Positions 45,579 to 55,452 of a stretch of 64,000 nucleotides of DNA are shown here, one piece after another. Position 1 is the stretch's first letter; each line of letters opens with the position of its first letter. This stretch comes from Actinomycetes bacterium. Lineage in GTDB: Bacteria; Actinomycetota; Acidimicrobiia; IMCC26256; VFJJ01. Made by a program: the position numbers and the translations under genes. Under the pieces are notes generated by a model. That model worked only from the letters and a program-made list of their open reading frames with translations. It was not told the origin of the DNA and searched no databases. The DNA is taken from NCBI GenBank assembly GCA_031362415.1, contig JANLSK010000056.1:24814-88813 (forward strand), read 5' to 3'.

Positions 45579-47627
45579 ATGAACCTCCTCGAGACGTCAT
45601 GGTTGATCCCGGCGTTGCCCCTCCTGGGTGCCGTCACGCTCCTGTTCTTCGGTGGCCGATTCCTCAAGGAGCCCTTGGCCGGGATGCTGGCGACGGCCTG
45701 CATGGCCGGGTCGTTCGCCTGGACGGCCGTCCTGTTCGTGAAGATGTGGTCGCTCGATCCCGGGCAGCGCACCGTGGGCAAGCACCTCTTCGACTGGATG
45801 CCCGCCGGCGGTCTGAAGATCTCGGCCAGCCTCCTGCTCGATCCCCTGTCGATCACCTTCTTGTTGTTCATCACCGGCGTGGCCACGCTCATCCACTTGT
45901 ACGCCATCGGGTACATGCACGGTGATCCCCGGTTCAGCCGCTTCTTCTGCTACCTGAACCTGTTCGCCTTCTCCATGATCATCCTGGTGCTGGGCGGCAA
46001 CTTCCTCGTCACCTTCCTCGGCTGGGAGGGGGTCGGCACCTGCTCGTACCTGTTGATCTCGTTCTGGTTCGAGCGCCCGTCGGCCGCCACGGCGGGCAAG
46101 AAGGCGTTCATCGTCAACCGGGTCGGCGACTTCGGGTTCATGATCGCCGTGTTCTTGATCATCTCCCACCTCGGTACCGTCGAGTACTGGGGACCGGGGA
46201 ACGCCCTCGAAGGCGCCAGCACGCTCACCAACGGTGCGGCCACCGGCATCGCCCTCATGCTGTTCCTCGCCTGCACGGGCAAGAGCGCCCAGTTCCCCCT
46301 TCATGTCTGGCTCCCTGATGCCATGGAGGGCCCCACACCCGTCTCGGCGCTCATCCACGCCGCCACCATGGTCACGAGCGGGATCTTCCTCATCGCTCGG
46401 GCCCATCCGTTCTTCGAAGCCAGCGGCCAGGCCAGCCATGTGGTGGCCTGGGTCGGTGTGGGCACGGCGCTGCTCGCCGCCACCATCGCCATGGTGAAGA
46501 ACGACATCAAGCGAGTACTCGCGTACTCCACGCTCAGCCAGCTCGGGTACATGTTCATGGCGTTGGGCATCCACGCCTACTCCACGGCCATCTTCCACGT
46601 CGTCACCCACGCGTTCTTCAAGGCCTGCCTGTTCCTCGGGGCCGGCTCGGTGATCCACGGCATGCACGACGAGCAGGACATGCGCCGGATGGGGAACCTG
46701 CGCAAGTACATGCCCATCACCTACGCGACGTTCATGGTGGCCTGGCTGGCCATCGCCGGGGTGCCGCCGTTCTCGGGGTTCTGGTCGAAGGACGACATCC
46801 TCGCCAAGGCCTGGTTCCAGGGAACCACCGAGGGCAAGGCGTTGTGGGCCATCGGGTTGCTCACGGCCATGCTCACCGCCTTCTACATGACACGCCAGGT
46901 GGTCATGGTGTTCTTCGGCCATGAGCGCTTCGATCTCCCGGTCATCGCGGGCGGTTCCGACGACGGCCCCGCCGACGCCAGCGCCCACGGTGCCGGCGAA
47001 CATGGTGCCGATGGGGCCAAGGCCCACGACGACCACGGCCACGCCGGGGCGGGGCACCGTCGCCTCCCCCACGAGTCGCCGTGGATCATGACCCTGCCGC
47101 TGGTACTGCTCGCCGGGCTCTCGCTCGTGGGCGGCGTCATCAACCTGCCGTTCAAGGACAAGGGCTGGGGCGAGGGCCTCACGCACTGGTTGGAACCGGT
47201 CTTCGAAGGCGTGCACCATGTCGAGGAGAAGGGCTCCACGCTGTTCGCCTTGGCCACGGTCACGGTCGTGTTGAGCGCGGTGCTCGTGGGTGCGGCGTTC
47301 GCGGCCTACCGGCACATGAAGACCACACGCGACCCGGTGGTCGCCAGGATGGGGCCCGCCGCCGCGGTGCTCGACTCGGGCTACGGCGTCGATGCCGCGT
47401 ACGCCGCCCTCACCGTGGGCGTCGGGGGCCGCGCCGCCGAGCTGCTCGCCGGCCCCGTCGACCAGGGCGGAATCGACGGAGCGGTGAACGGTGTCGGCGA
47501 GCTCCTCCGGTCGGGGCTGGGGACGGGCGGCTCCCGACTCCAGTCCGGTTACGTCAGGAGGTACGCCGTCGGGATCCTCACCGGTTCGGTGGGCCTGGTC
47601 GTCTTCGCGGTGATCAAGGCCTGGTGA
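45579..47627 (+). CDS. nuoL: NADH-quinone oxidoreductase subunit L
   Basis: Antiporter-like subunit with WEGVGTCSYLLI and KSAQFPLHVWLPDAMEGPTPVSALIHAATMV. It has a His-rich loop (HGAGEHGADGAKAHDDHGHAGAGH). Confidence 0.95.
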   Translation: MNLLETSWLIPALPLLGAVTLLFFGGRFLKEPLAGMLATACMAGSFAWTAVLFVKMWSLDPGQRTVGKHLFDWMPAGGLKISASLLLDPLSITFLLFITGVATLIHLYAIGYMHGDPRFSRFFCYLNLFAFSMIILVLGGNFLVTFLGWEGVGTCSYLLISFWFERPSAATAGKKAFIVNRVGDFGFMIAVFLIISHLGTVEYWGPGNALEGASTLTNGAATGIALMLFLACTGKSAQFPLHVWLPDAMEGPTPVSALIHAATMVTSGIFLIARAHPFFEASGQASHVVAWVGVGTALLAATIAMVKNDIKRVLAYSTLSQLGYMFMALGIHAYSTAIFHVVTHAFFKACLFLGAGSVIHGMHDEQDMRRMGNLRKYMPITYATFMVAWLAIAGVPPFSGFWSKDDILAKAWFQGTTEGKALWAIGLLTAMLTAFYMTRQVVMVFFGHERFDLPVIAGGSDDGPADASAHGAGEHGADGAKAHDDHGHAGAGHRRLPHESPWIMTLPLVLLAGLSLVGGVINLPFKDKGWGEGLTHWLEPVFEGVHHVEEKGSTLFALATVTVVLSAVLVGAAFAAYRHMKTTRDPVVARMGPAAAVLDSGYGVDAAYAALTVGVGGRAAELLAGPVDQGGIDGAVNGVGELLRSGLGTGGSRLQSGYVRRYAVGILTGSVGLVVFAVIKAW

Positions 47628-47632
47628 CGACG

Positions 47633-49318
47633 ATGACCGACTTCCCCATCCTCACCGCGCTGGTGATCGTTCCGGCTCTCGGATCGCTCATCGTGACCCT
47701 CCTGCCCAAGCAGCGACCCGAGATCGTGCGGGCCTTCGGGTTCATCGCCATGATCGCCACGGCGGCTCTCGCCGGCTACCTCGTCTACGCCTTCGAGATC
47801 CAACAGCCCGAGTCGCTTCGCGACAGCTTCCAGTTCGTCGAAGACCACAGCTGGATCAACGACCTCGGGGTCAGGTACATCCTCGGCGTCGACGGCATCA
47901 GCTTGTTCATGGTGGCGCTCACCGGGTTGCTGTTCCCCTTGAGCCTGTTCGCTTCGGCCAAGGTCGAGCATCGGCTCAAGAGCTACATCGCATCGATGCT
48001 CCTCCTCGAAGCAGGGATCATGGGCGTATTCCTCGCCCTCGACCTGATCCTGTTCTTCGCCTTCTGGGAGGTGATGCTCGTCCCGATGTACTTCATCATC
48101 GTGGGCTGGGGTCACGAGCGTCGGGTCTACGCGGCGGTGAAGTTCTTCCTCTACACGATGGCCGGGTCGGCCGTCATGTTCGTGGGCATCCTCGCCGTAG
48201 CGCTCTTGCACAACTCGTCGGTGGGCTCGCTCACCTTCGACCTGCGCGTGCTGCAGGAGTGGAACGGCCTCGCCGAAAGCACGGCCCGCTGGCTGTTCCT
48301 GGCGTTCTTCATCTCCTTCGCCATCAAGGTCCCCCTGTTCCCCTTCCACACCTGGCTCCCCGACGCCCACGTCGAAGCGCCCACGGCAGGCTCGGTGATC
48401 CTGGCCGGGGTGCTGTTGAAGATGGGCACCTATGGGTTCTTGCGGTTCTCGCTCACCCTGTTCCCCCAGGCGTCGGTCGACCTGGCCTGGGTGATGCTCG
48501 TCCTGGCCACGATCGGCATCATCTACGGCGCCATCGTGGCCACCGTGCAGAAGGACATGAAGAAGCTCGTCGCCTACTCGTCGGTGGCCCACCTGGGCTT
48601 CGTGATCCTGGGGATCTTCGCCCTCACCAGTCAGGGGATCCAGGGCGGCATCTTCACCATGATCAGCCACGGGCTCACCACGGGAGCGCTCTTCCTCATC
48701 ATCGGGATGATGTACGAGCGCCGCCACACCCGCGACATAGCGGCGTTCGGCGGCGTGTGGAAGGTGGCCCCGCGCCTCGGCGGGTTCATGCTCGTGGCGG
48801 CGTTGGCCTCGGTGGGTCTCCCCGGCTTCTCGGGCTTCGTCGGCGAGTTCCTGGCGTTGGTGGGCGCGTTCTTGTCGAACCGGCCTTACGCCATCGTGAG
48901 CGCCGTCGGCGTGATCCTCGCTTCGGTCTATCTGCTGTGGATGTACCAGCGGGTCTTCACGGGCGAGCCCGAGGGCGAGAACCGCACCATCGCCGACCTC
49001 ACGTTGCGCGAGATGGCGACACTGGTGCCCCTGCTCGGTCTGAGCCTGTTCCTCGGCGTGTATCCCAAGCCGGTGCTGGAGCGGGTCGAGCCGTCGGTCA
49101 AGGCACTCATCACCCATGTGGAGCAGCGCTCCGACTGGTGCGAGAGCGACGAGACCGACCCCGCCGATCCCGAGGCGTGCCTCGTCGGCGATCGCTTCGA
49201 CACAGCGCCCGAGGTCGCCCCCGCGGCTGAGGGCGAGGGCGAACACGGCGCCGAGTCTGAGTCTGAGTCTGAGTCTGAAGAGCCCGAACCGGAAGGCGCA
49301 GAAGGAGGAGGTGGGTGA
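47633..49318 (+). CDS. nuoM: NADH-quinone oxidoreductase subunit M with acidic C-terminal tail
   Basis: Motifs are FWEVMLVPMYFII and KVPLFPFHTWLPDAHVEAPTAGSVILAGVLLK. The tail contains ESESESE, encoded by (GAGTCT)n. Confidence 0.95.
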   Translation: MTDFPILTALVIVPALGSLIVTLLPKQRPEIVRAFGFIAMIATAALAGYLVYAFEIQQPESLRDSFQFVEDHSWINDLGVRYILGVDGISLFMVALTGLLFPLSLFASAKVEHRLKSYIASMLLLEAGIMGVFLALDLILFFAFWEVMLVPMYFIIVGWGHERRVYAAVKFFLYTMAGSAVMFVGILAVALLHNSSVGSLTFDLRVLQEWNGLAESTARWLFLAFFISFAIKVPLFPFHTWLPDAHVEAPTAGSVILAGVLLKMGTYGFLRFSLTLFPQASVDLAWVMLVLATIGIIYGAIVATVQKDMKKLVAYSSVAHLGFVILGIFALTSQGIQGGIFTMISHGLTTGALFLIIGMMYERRHTRDIAAFGGVWKVAPRLGGFMLVAALASVGLPGFSGFVGEFLALVGAFLSNRPYAIVSAVGVILASVYLLWMYQRVFTGEPEGENRTIADLTLREMATLVPLLGLSLFLGVYPKPVLERVEPSVKALITHVEQRSDWCESDETDPADPEACLVGDRFDTAPEVAPAAEGEGEHGAESESESESEEPEPEGAEGGGG

Positions 49319-50874
49319 TGCCGTTCGTCCGTCCGGCCGTCGACTGGTACGCCATCGCCCCCGAGATCGCCATCTTCGGTGCTGGCCTGCTCATCGTGGC
49401 CTTCGCCGCGGTCACGCACCGAGCCCCGATCCTGGCCCGTCTGCACCTGTGGGTTGCGCTCACCGGCGTTGCCGTTGCCGGCGTCTTCATCTTCCCGATC
49501 TGGCACCGTTGGAACGAGGGGCTCGAAGCCGTCGATCGCGTTCCCAGCTACACCACGCTCAACGGAGCGGTCTCGATCGACGGGGCCTCGATCTTCCTCA
49601 AGGCCGTGGTGCTCATTGCCGTGTTGTTCGGGATCCTCATCGCGTGGAGCTACCTGAAACGCGAGAACCTCGAGAAGCCCGAGTACCTGGCGCTGTTGTT
49701 GTTCTCGGCCTCGGGCATGCTCATGATGACCTCGGCCAACGATCTGGTCGTGGTGTTCGTGTCGCTCGAGATCCTGTCGATCTCGTTGTACGTGCTGGCG
49801 GCGTTCCAACGGGCCAACGCCACGTCGCAGGAAGCGGCGATCAAGTACTTCGTGCTGGGAGCGTTCTCGTCGGCGATCTTCCTGTACGGCGTGGCGCTCG
49901 TCTACGGGGCCACGGGCAGCACGAACCTGGGCCAGATCTCCCGGGTCATCAACGACAGCCAGATCCAAGGCTCCACCTACGACGACAAGCTGATCTTGGT
50001 CGGCATCATGTTGTTGTTGGTGGGTCTGGGGTTCAAGGTCGCCGCCGTGCCGTTCCACATGTGGACGCCCGACGTGTACCAGGGCGCTCCCACACCGGTC
50101 ACCGGGTTCATGGCCGCCGGAGCCAAGATCGCCGCGTTCGCCGCGCTGCTGCGGGCGTTCTCGGTGAGCTTCCAGGGCAACCAGGACGACTGGCGGCCCG
50201 CCCTGTGGGCCGTCACCGTGCTCACCCTCGTCGTCGCCAGCGCCGTTGCCCTGGTGCAGAGCAACGTGAAGCGGATGCTCGCCTACTCGTCGATCAGCCA
50301 CGCCGGGTACATGCTCGTCGGCGTGCAGGTGGCCACGGTCGAGGGCACGGCGGCGGTCCTCACGTACCTGTTCGTCTACACGTTCCTCACGCTCGGCACC
50401 TTCACCGTGGTCACTCTCATGGCCCGCCAGGGCGACGAGGGCCACGAGCTCTCCGACTACCGGGGTCTCGCCGTCCGCGAGCCGTTGCTGGCGAAACTGC
50501 TGACCCTGTTTCTCCTGGCCCAGGCGGGCATCCCGCTCACGTCGGGGTTCATCGCCAAGCTCAAGGTCTTCCAGGCCGCCGTCGACCGCGAGGTCTACTC
50601 CCTGGCCGTCATCGGCATGCTGGCCTCGGTGGTGGCGGCGTTCGTCTACCTGCGCCTCATCGTCACCATGTTCACCGGTCCCGGGATCGACGAGCACCCC
50701 GAGCACGCAGATGTCGCCCACGGCGGTGGCACCGCGGTGGCGATCGCCGCGCCCCCTCGGGTGCGGGTCGACCTGGCCAGCGGCATCGTGCTGGCCCTCG
50801 CCGCCGCCGTCACCATCTTCGTCGGCATCCTCCCCAACGAGCTCCTCGAGTTCGCCAAGCGCTCGGTCTTCTAG
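49315..50874 (+). CDS. nuoN: NADH-quinone oxidoreductase subunit N
   Basis: Motifs are LEILSISLYVLA and KVAAVPFHMWTPDVYQGAPTPVTGFM. The start overlaps the nuoM stop (ATGA). Confidence 0.95.
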   Translation: MMPFVRPAVDWYAIAPEIAIFGAGLLIVAFAAVTHRAPILARLHLWVALTGVAVAGVFIFPIWHRWNEGLEAVDRVPSYTTLNGAVSIDGASIFLKAVVLIAVLFGILIAWSYLKRENLEKPEYLALLLFSASGMLMMTSANDLVVVFVSLEILSISLYVLAAFQRANATSQEAAIKYFVLGAFSSAIFLYGVALVYGATGSTNLGQISRVINDSQIQGSTYDDKLILVGIMLLLVGLGFKVAAVPFHMWTPDVYQGAPTPVTGFMAAGAKIAAFAALLRAFSVSFQGNQDDWRPALWAVTVLTLVVASAVALVQSNVKRMLAYSSISHAGYMLVGVQVATVEGTAAVLTYLFVYTFLTLGTFTVVTLMARQGDEGHELSDYRGLAVREPLLAKLLTLFLLAQAGIPLTSGFIAKLKVFQAAVDREVYSLAVIGMLASVVAAFVYLRLIVTMFTGPGIDEHPEHADVAHGGGTAVAIAAPPRVRVDLASGIVLALAAAVTIFVGILPNELLEFAKRSVF

Positions 50875-50920
50875 GCGGCGCGTCGCTGGCTCGGCGAGGT
50901 CTGGCTCCGAACACCCGGCC

Positions 50921-50967
50921 AGCACCTGTCGCTCAACCGCGAGGGTTGCCGTTCAGCGACAGGTGCT
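50921..50967. terminator. Hairpin downstream of nuoN (candidate operon terminator)
   Basis: agcacctgtcgctcaac ... gttcagcgacaggtgct forms a 17-bp stem with one mismatch and a 13-nt loop. It starts 47 bp after the nuoN stop and has no U-tract. Confidence 0.5.
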
Positions 50968-51022
50968 CGACGGGTGGAGCGCCTCGGGCGCCGCGGCTCA
51001 GCGCGAGCTGAGCCCCCCATCT

Positions 51023-51184
51023 TCACCCGTGATCGTCGGGGCCGCGGTCGACCCCCGCCTCGCCGAGGTTGGCCTCATGGGCGGCGCTGTGAGCTTCAGG
51101 GCGGCCCCTGAGGAACAAGGCAGCAGCCACGAGGACGATGCCGATGCCGAGGTACAGCAGGTCCTGGTGATCGCGTGCCGGCAT
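51023..51184 (-). CDS. Possible 53-aa single-TM protein downstream of the patatin gene
   Basis: ATG to TGA ORF (MPARDHQDLLYLGIGIVLVAAALFLRGRPEAHSAAHEANLGEAGVDRGPDDHG) with high GC3. It lies 24 bp after the patatin stop and has no obvious SD. Confidence 0.3.
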   Translation of the reverse strand: MPARDHQDLLYLGIGIVLVAAALFLRGRPEAHSAAHEANLGEAGVDRGPDDHG

Positions 51185-51208
51185 GGGCGACGAGCGCGCC
51201 GCGCAAGC

Positions 51209-52228
51209 TCAGCGGGGACGGCGGATGCGGGACGGGCGACGCTCGTCGGTCTCCACGGGATGCTCGTTGAGGAAGCGGGCTGCGTCGCGGTAGGCGGTCT
51301 CGCAGATGGCGTCGGCGCCGGAGAAGTCGAAGATCGTCCGGTCGTCGTCGGGGTGGGGGAGTTCGATCACCTCGATGTGCGCCGGGGCCGAGCCCCGCTC
51401 GATCTCCCAACGCTGCTTGCGGGCGATGGCGAAGGCCTGCAGGAGCGCGTCGCCGGGATGGCGGAGCTCGCGGGGCTTGATGACGCCCGAGACGTTGAGC
51501 ACGTACACCCGCACCGGCCCCGCTGGCCCCACCGAGGAGCCCCGACCCGGTGCCGCCGAATGGGCGAAGGCGTGGGCGACGGGGACGTTGTTCACCACGG
51601 CGCCGTCGATGAACCGACGACCGCAGTACTCGACGGGCGGCAGGAGCCCGGGGAGCGCCGTGGAGGCCATGAGCGCCGGCCGCAACAGACCGGCGGCGAA
51701 CACGGCCTCGTCGCCCGTCGCCAGATCGGTGGCGACGACCCGGAGCGGGACGGTGAGGTCGTGGAACGAGCCGGACGCGAAGCGCTCGACGAGCGCGGCG
51801 ATCCCGGTGTCGCGAATCACGTGGGTATCCTTGCGGACCACCTTCCACGTGCGCGACCACCGTCCACCGGGGAAGATGTCCTCGGCAGTGAGCGTCGACC
51901 AGACCTCGGCCAGGCGCTCGACGCTGGCCAGGGACGGGTCGGCAGCCAGGGCCGAGCCGTTGAGCGCACCGACCGAGGTCCCCACGATCACATCGGGCAC
52001 GATCTCGCGTTCGAGCAGCGCCCGGAGCATGCCGACCTGGGCGACGCCGTGGTTTCCACCGCCCGACATGACGAACGCCACCGTGGGTTGCCCGGCCATC
52101 CGGCGCAGGCGGGCCTGGTCAGCTCGATGCCGCAGCCGTCTGAACGCCAGGGTGTGCATCGTGGAACGGTCCTCCGCGCGCATCGCGCGATCACGCTTGT
52201 CGTACTGCATGGGTTCCTCGGTGAACAT
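51209..52228 (-). CDS. Patatin-like phospholipase
   Basis: The oxyanion motif is SGGGNHG, the nucleophile elbow is GTSVGA and the Asp motif is DGAVVNNVP. The start is uncertain (ATG 52210, 52228 or 52279). Confidence 0.85.
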   Translation of the reverse strand: MFTEEPMQYDKRDRAMRAEDRSTMHTLAFRRLRHRADQARLRRMAGQPTVAFVMSGGGNHGVAQVGMLRALLEREIVPDVIVGTSVGALNGSALAADPSLASVERLAEVWSTLTAEDIFPGGRWSRTWKVVRKDTHVIRDTGIAALVERFASGSFHDLTVPLRVVATDLATGDEAVFAAGLLRPALMASTALPGLLPPVEYCGRRFIDGAVVNNVPVAHAFAHSAAPGRGSSVGPAGPVRVYVLNVSGVIKPRELRHPGDALLQAFAIARKQRWEIERGSAPAHIEVIELPHPDDDRTIFDFSGADAICETAYRDAARFLNEHPVETDERRPSRIRRPR

Positions 52229-52355
52229 GTCGGCCCCCCGGTACGAGGGGCAAGGGGCGGGGGCACGGTGTTTGTTCATGATGACGGAATATCGGTGGAA
52301 CGGGGGGTCGGGCGCCATCGGGGTTCCGCGTTCGGACCCCCGTCGGTTGCCCGTC

Positions 52356-52373
52356 TCGTGAAGGCGTTCACGT
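52356..52373. promoter_or_regulatory. Candidate Rex operator in the patatin/nuoA2 divergent region
   Basis: TCGTGAAGGCGTTCACGT contains a perfect GTGAA-N4-TTCAC palindrome. It is followed immediately by TATACT (52374-52379), a -10-like hexamer facing nuoA2. Confidence 0.5.
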
Positions 52374-52585
52374 ATACTCGGCCGGCGTTGGCGAGGCACG
52401 TGGGGGTAGCCGAGCCGGGAGGTGGTCGTCCCAGGATTCGCCCGGTGAGGCGGTCGGGGCCCATCTCCCGGATCACTGTGTTCTTGCCCATAAGCGCACT
52501 GTTTCACGCCATCTGTGGCGGTCGAGCGGGAGTCGGAGGGCATCGTGATCGGAGGGCCGTGGCGATCCGGGCACTGACGGGGTCG

Positions 52586-52951
52586 GTGTACACCGACCAC
52601 ACGCAGGCGTACTTTGCCGTGTTCGTGTTCGTCCTCGCGGCACTGGGCATGGTTGGCGCCATGCTCGGTCTCGGACGCCTGATCCGACCGACGCGCCCTC
52701 AGGGCCAGAAGTACATCTCGTACGAGTCGGGAGCCGACCCGATCGGCGGATTCGGCCAGATGCACGTGCGGTACTACATCTACGCGCTGTTGTTCGTGAT
52801 CTTCGACGTCGAGGCGGTGTTCATCTTCCCCTGGGCCGTCGAGCTCGAGGCTCTTGGTGCATTCGGCCTGGTGGAGATGCTCATCTTCGTGGGCATCCTC
52901 GTGTTCGGCCTGGCCTACGCCTGGCGCAAGGGAGTGCTCCGATGGGCCTGA
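52586..52951 (+). CDS. nuoA: Complex-I-like subunit A, second copy
   Basis: Three TM helices with the motifs YESGADP and [11 protein letters not shown]. The start is uncertain (GTG 52586 or GTG 52559). Confidence 0.8.
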   Translation: MYTDHTQAYFAVFVFVLAALGMVGAMLGLGRLIRPTRPQGQKYISYESGADPIGGFGQMHVRYYIYALLFVIFDVEAVFIFPWAVELEALGAFGLVEMLIFVGILVFGLAYAWRKGVLRWA

Positions 52952-53469
52952 TCGAGTCGGGCCTGCTCCAGAAGAAGCCGCTCAAACCGGTCTCGTGGCT
53001 CCTCAACTACAGCCGCAAGTACTCCCTCTGGACCTTCCAGTGGGGCCTGGCCTGCTGCGCGATCGAGATGGGCGCCGCGCTCGCCGGTCCCCGCTACGAT
53101 GTGATGCGCTTGGGCGTCATCCCCTTCCCCGCCAGCCCCCGTCAAGCCGACCTGGTGGTGGTCTCGGGGACGGTCACCGACAAGATGGCCCCGTCGGTGC
53201 TGCGGCTCTACGAGCAGATGCCCGACCCCAAGTACGTGATCTCCATGGGCTCGTGCGCCAACTGCGGCGGCCCCTACTGGGACTCGTACTCGGTCACCAA
53301 GGGAATCGACCAGATCATCCCGGTCGACGTCTACGTTCCCGGATGCCCGCCGAGGCCCGAGGCGCTGATGGAAGCGATCGTGATCCTCCAGCAACGCATC
53401 CAGAACGAGGGTGTCGGTAACGACGAGCTCCGCCAGCGGTGGCGGGGAGAACCCATCCTGGTCGAGTAG
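52942..53469 (+). CDS. nuoB: Complex-I-like subunit B, second copy
   Basis: All N2 ligand cysteines are present in [18 protein letters not shown] and PGCPPRPE. Confidence 0.95.
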   Translation: MGLIESGLLQKKPLKPVSWLLNYSRKYSLWTFQWGLACCAIEMGAALAGPRYDVMRLGVIPFPASPRQADLVVVSGTVTDKMAPSVLRLYEQMPDPKYVISMGSCANCGGPYWDSYSVTKGIDQIIPVDVYVPGCPPRPEALMEAIVILQQRIQNEGVGNDELRQRWRGEPILVE

Positions 53470-53561
53470 GCGAGACGGTCCGTAGGCGGTACCCGCCGGG
53501 CAGTGGCGGGCGGCGTGTCACAGCTGCTTCACAGAAGCTCCAGGTTCCCGGGGGACTCCAG

Positions 53562-54251
53562 GTGGTAGACGAGCAGACGGCCGACGAGGCCGCGACAACC
53601 GAGGGTTCCACGAGCGTGGCCACGATCGACGCCGCGGCCACCGCCGTCGGGGAGCTGCGCGAGCGCGTTGTCGCCGATCTGGGATCGGCCGTGGTGGCCC
53701 ACGAGGTCAACCACGGGGTCGTCACGGTGCGCGTCAGCACCGAGTCGTGGCGGCGAACCGCCGAGATCGTCCGCTCGAAGCTCGGCTTCAACTACCTCTC
53801 GTTCATCTCCGGCATCGACTGGATGCCCGCACCCAAGGTGGGCGGCGAGGAAGCATCGGGCGACACGTCGACGCCGGCTCAGCCCATGGACCAGACCTAC
53901 GGGGTGTGCGGCTCGGCCGGGCGCTTCCAGGTCTTCGCCGCCGTCATCTCGCTGTCGAAGAAGACGACGCTGGTGCTCAAGACCGATGTCTCCGAGACCG
54001 AGCCGATCGTGGCGTCATGGGTCCCCGTCTACCCGGGCGCCGACTGGCACGAGCGCGAGACGTGGGAGATGTACGGGTTCCGCTTCGACGGCCATCCGGG
54101 GCTGCGTCACCTCTACCTGCCCGGAGAGTTCGAGGGGTTCCCGCTGCGCAAGGACTTCCCGCTGCTGGCCCGTGAGGTCAAGCCCTGGCCGGGCCTGGTC
54201 GACGTCGAGCCGATGCCGGGCGTCGCCGACGGCGACGAGGCTGAGGAGTGA
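53562..54251 (+). CDS. nuoC: Complex-I-like subunit C, second copy
   Basis: Motifs are ERETWEMYGFRFDGHPGL and FPLRKDF. GTG 53562 follows an SD GGGGGA; the ORF opens at 53439. Confidence 0.85.
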   Translation: MVDEQTADEAATTEGSTSVATIDAAATAVGELRERVVADLGSAVVAHEVNHGVVTVRVSTESWRRTAEIVRSKLGFNYLSFISGIDWMPAPKVGGEEASGDTSTPAQPMDQTYGVCGSAGRFQVFAAVISLSKKTTLVLKTDVSETEPIVASWVPVYPGADWHERETWEMYGFRFDGHPGLRHLYLPGEFEGFPLRKDFPLLAREVKPWPGLVDVEPMPGVADGDEAEE

Positions 54252-54255
54252 GCAC

Positions 54256-55443
54256 GTGACGACCACCGAGATTCCCGGATCGCCCGGCTTCGAGATCGAC
54301 CCCCGGGCGTTGACCCCCCTGGCCGATCAGCGCCTCGACGTCGAGCTCCAGTCCGAGGACATGGTCCTCAACATCGGGCCCCAGCACCCAGCGACGCACG
54401 GGACGCTGCGCGTCGTCGTGAAGCTCGACGGCGAACGCGTCGTGTCGGCCGACCCGGTCATCGGCTACATGCACCGCGGCTACGAGAAGCTCACCGAGTA
54501 CCGCACCTACCCCCAGGTGACGACCCTCATCAACCGCATCGACTGGTTGTCGTCGTTCGCCAACGAGGTGCCGTTCATCCACGCCGCCGAGCGCATCATG
54601 GGCGTCGAGGCCCCGCCCCGGGCCGAATGGATCCGCACCGCGCTCACCGAGCTCTCGCGCATCGCCACCTTCATCCTCTTCCTCGGCGAGATGGGACTCC
54701 AGGTCGGAGCCATCACCCCGGCGTTCTACGGCTTCCGTGACCGCGAGCACGTCCTCAACCTCATCGAGGCCGTCACCGGCGGGCGCTTCCACCCCAACTT
54801 CAACCGCATCGGCGGCATCAAGGACGACCTGCCTGCGGGCTGGATCAACGAGACCCGCCGGGTCATGGGCCTCATGCTCGACTCGTGCGACCAGTTCGAG
54901 GATCTGGTGGCGGGCAACGAGATCTTCCAGGCCCGCACCCGGGGCTGCGGCATCATCCCCGCCGACGTGGGCGCCGCCTACGGGGTCTCGGGTTCGAACC
55001 TGCGGGCCTCGGGCGTCGACTGGGACCTGCGCCGTGACGGCCAGCCCTACCTGGCGTACCGCGAGCTCGACTGGAAGGTGTTCACCCATCCCGACGGCGA
55101 CACCTTCGCCCGCTACTGGGTGCGGCTGCAGGAGACCCGCGAAGCGATCCGCATGGTGTTGCAGATTCTCGACGGCCTCCCGGCGGGACCGGTCATGGCC
55201 AAGGTCCCCCGCATCATCAAGGTGCCGGCCGGCGAGGCCTGGGTGAACACCGAGAACCCGCTCGGCGAGATGGGCTACTACGTCATCTCGAAGGGGGCCA
55301 CGGGGCCGTTCCGGGTGAAGATCCGCACGGCGTCGTTCAGCAACGTCTCGATCCTGCCCTGGTTGCTCAAGGGCGTGTACGTTCCCGACATCGTGACCAT
55401 CCTCGCCGGGCTCTACTTCATCCTCGGAGACATCGACCGATGA
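54256..55443 (+). CDS. nuoD: Complex-I-like subunit D, second copy (HRG motif; Trp at the quinone-Tyr position)
   Basis: Motifs are NIGPQHPATHGTLR, IGYMHRGYEKLTEYRTY and NRIDWLS. GTG 54256 follows an SD GAGGAG. Confidence 0.9.
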   Translation: MTTTEIPGSPGFEIDPRALTPLADQRLDVELQSEDMVLNIGPQHPATHGTLRVVVKLDGERVVSADPVIGYMHRGYEKLTEYRTYPQVTTLINRIDWLSSFANEVPFIHAAERIMGVEAPPRAEWIRTALTELSRIATFILFLGEMGLQVGAITPAFYGFRDREHVLNLIEAVTGGRFHPNFNRIGGIKDDLPAGWINETRRVMGLMLDSCDQFEDLVAGNEIFQARTRGCGIIPADVGAAYGVSGSNLRASGVDWDLRRDGQPYLAYRELDWKVFTHPDGDTFARYWVRLQETREAIRMVLQILDGLPAGPVMAKVPRIIKVPAGEAWVNTENPLGEMGYYVISKGATGPFRVKIRTASFSNVSILPWLLKGVYVPDIVTILAGLYFILGDIDR

Positions 55444-55452
55444 GCTGCTCTG

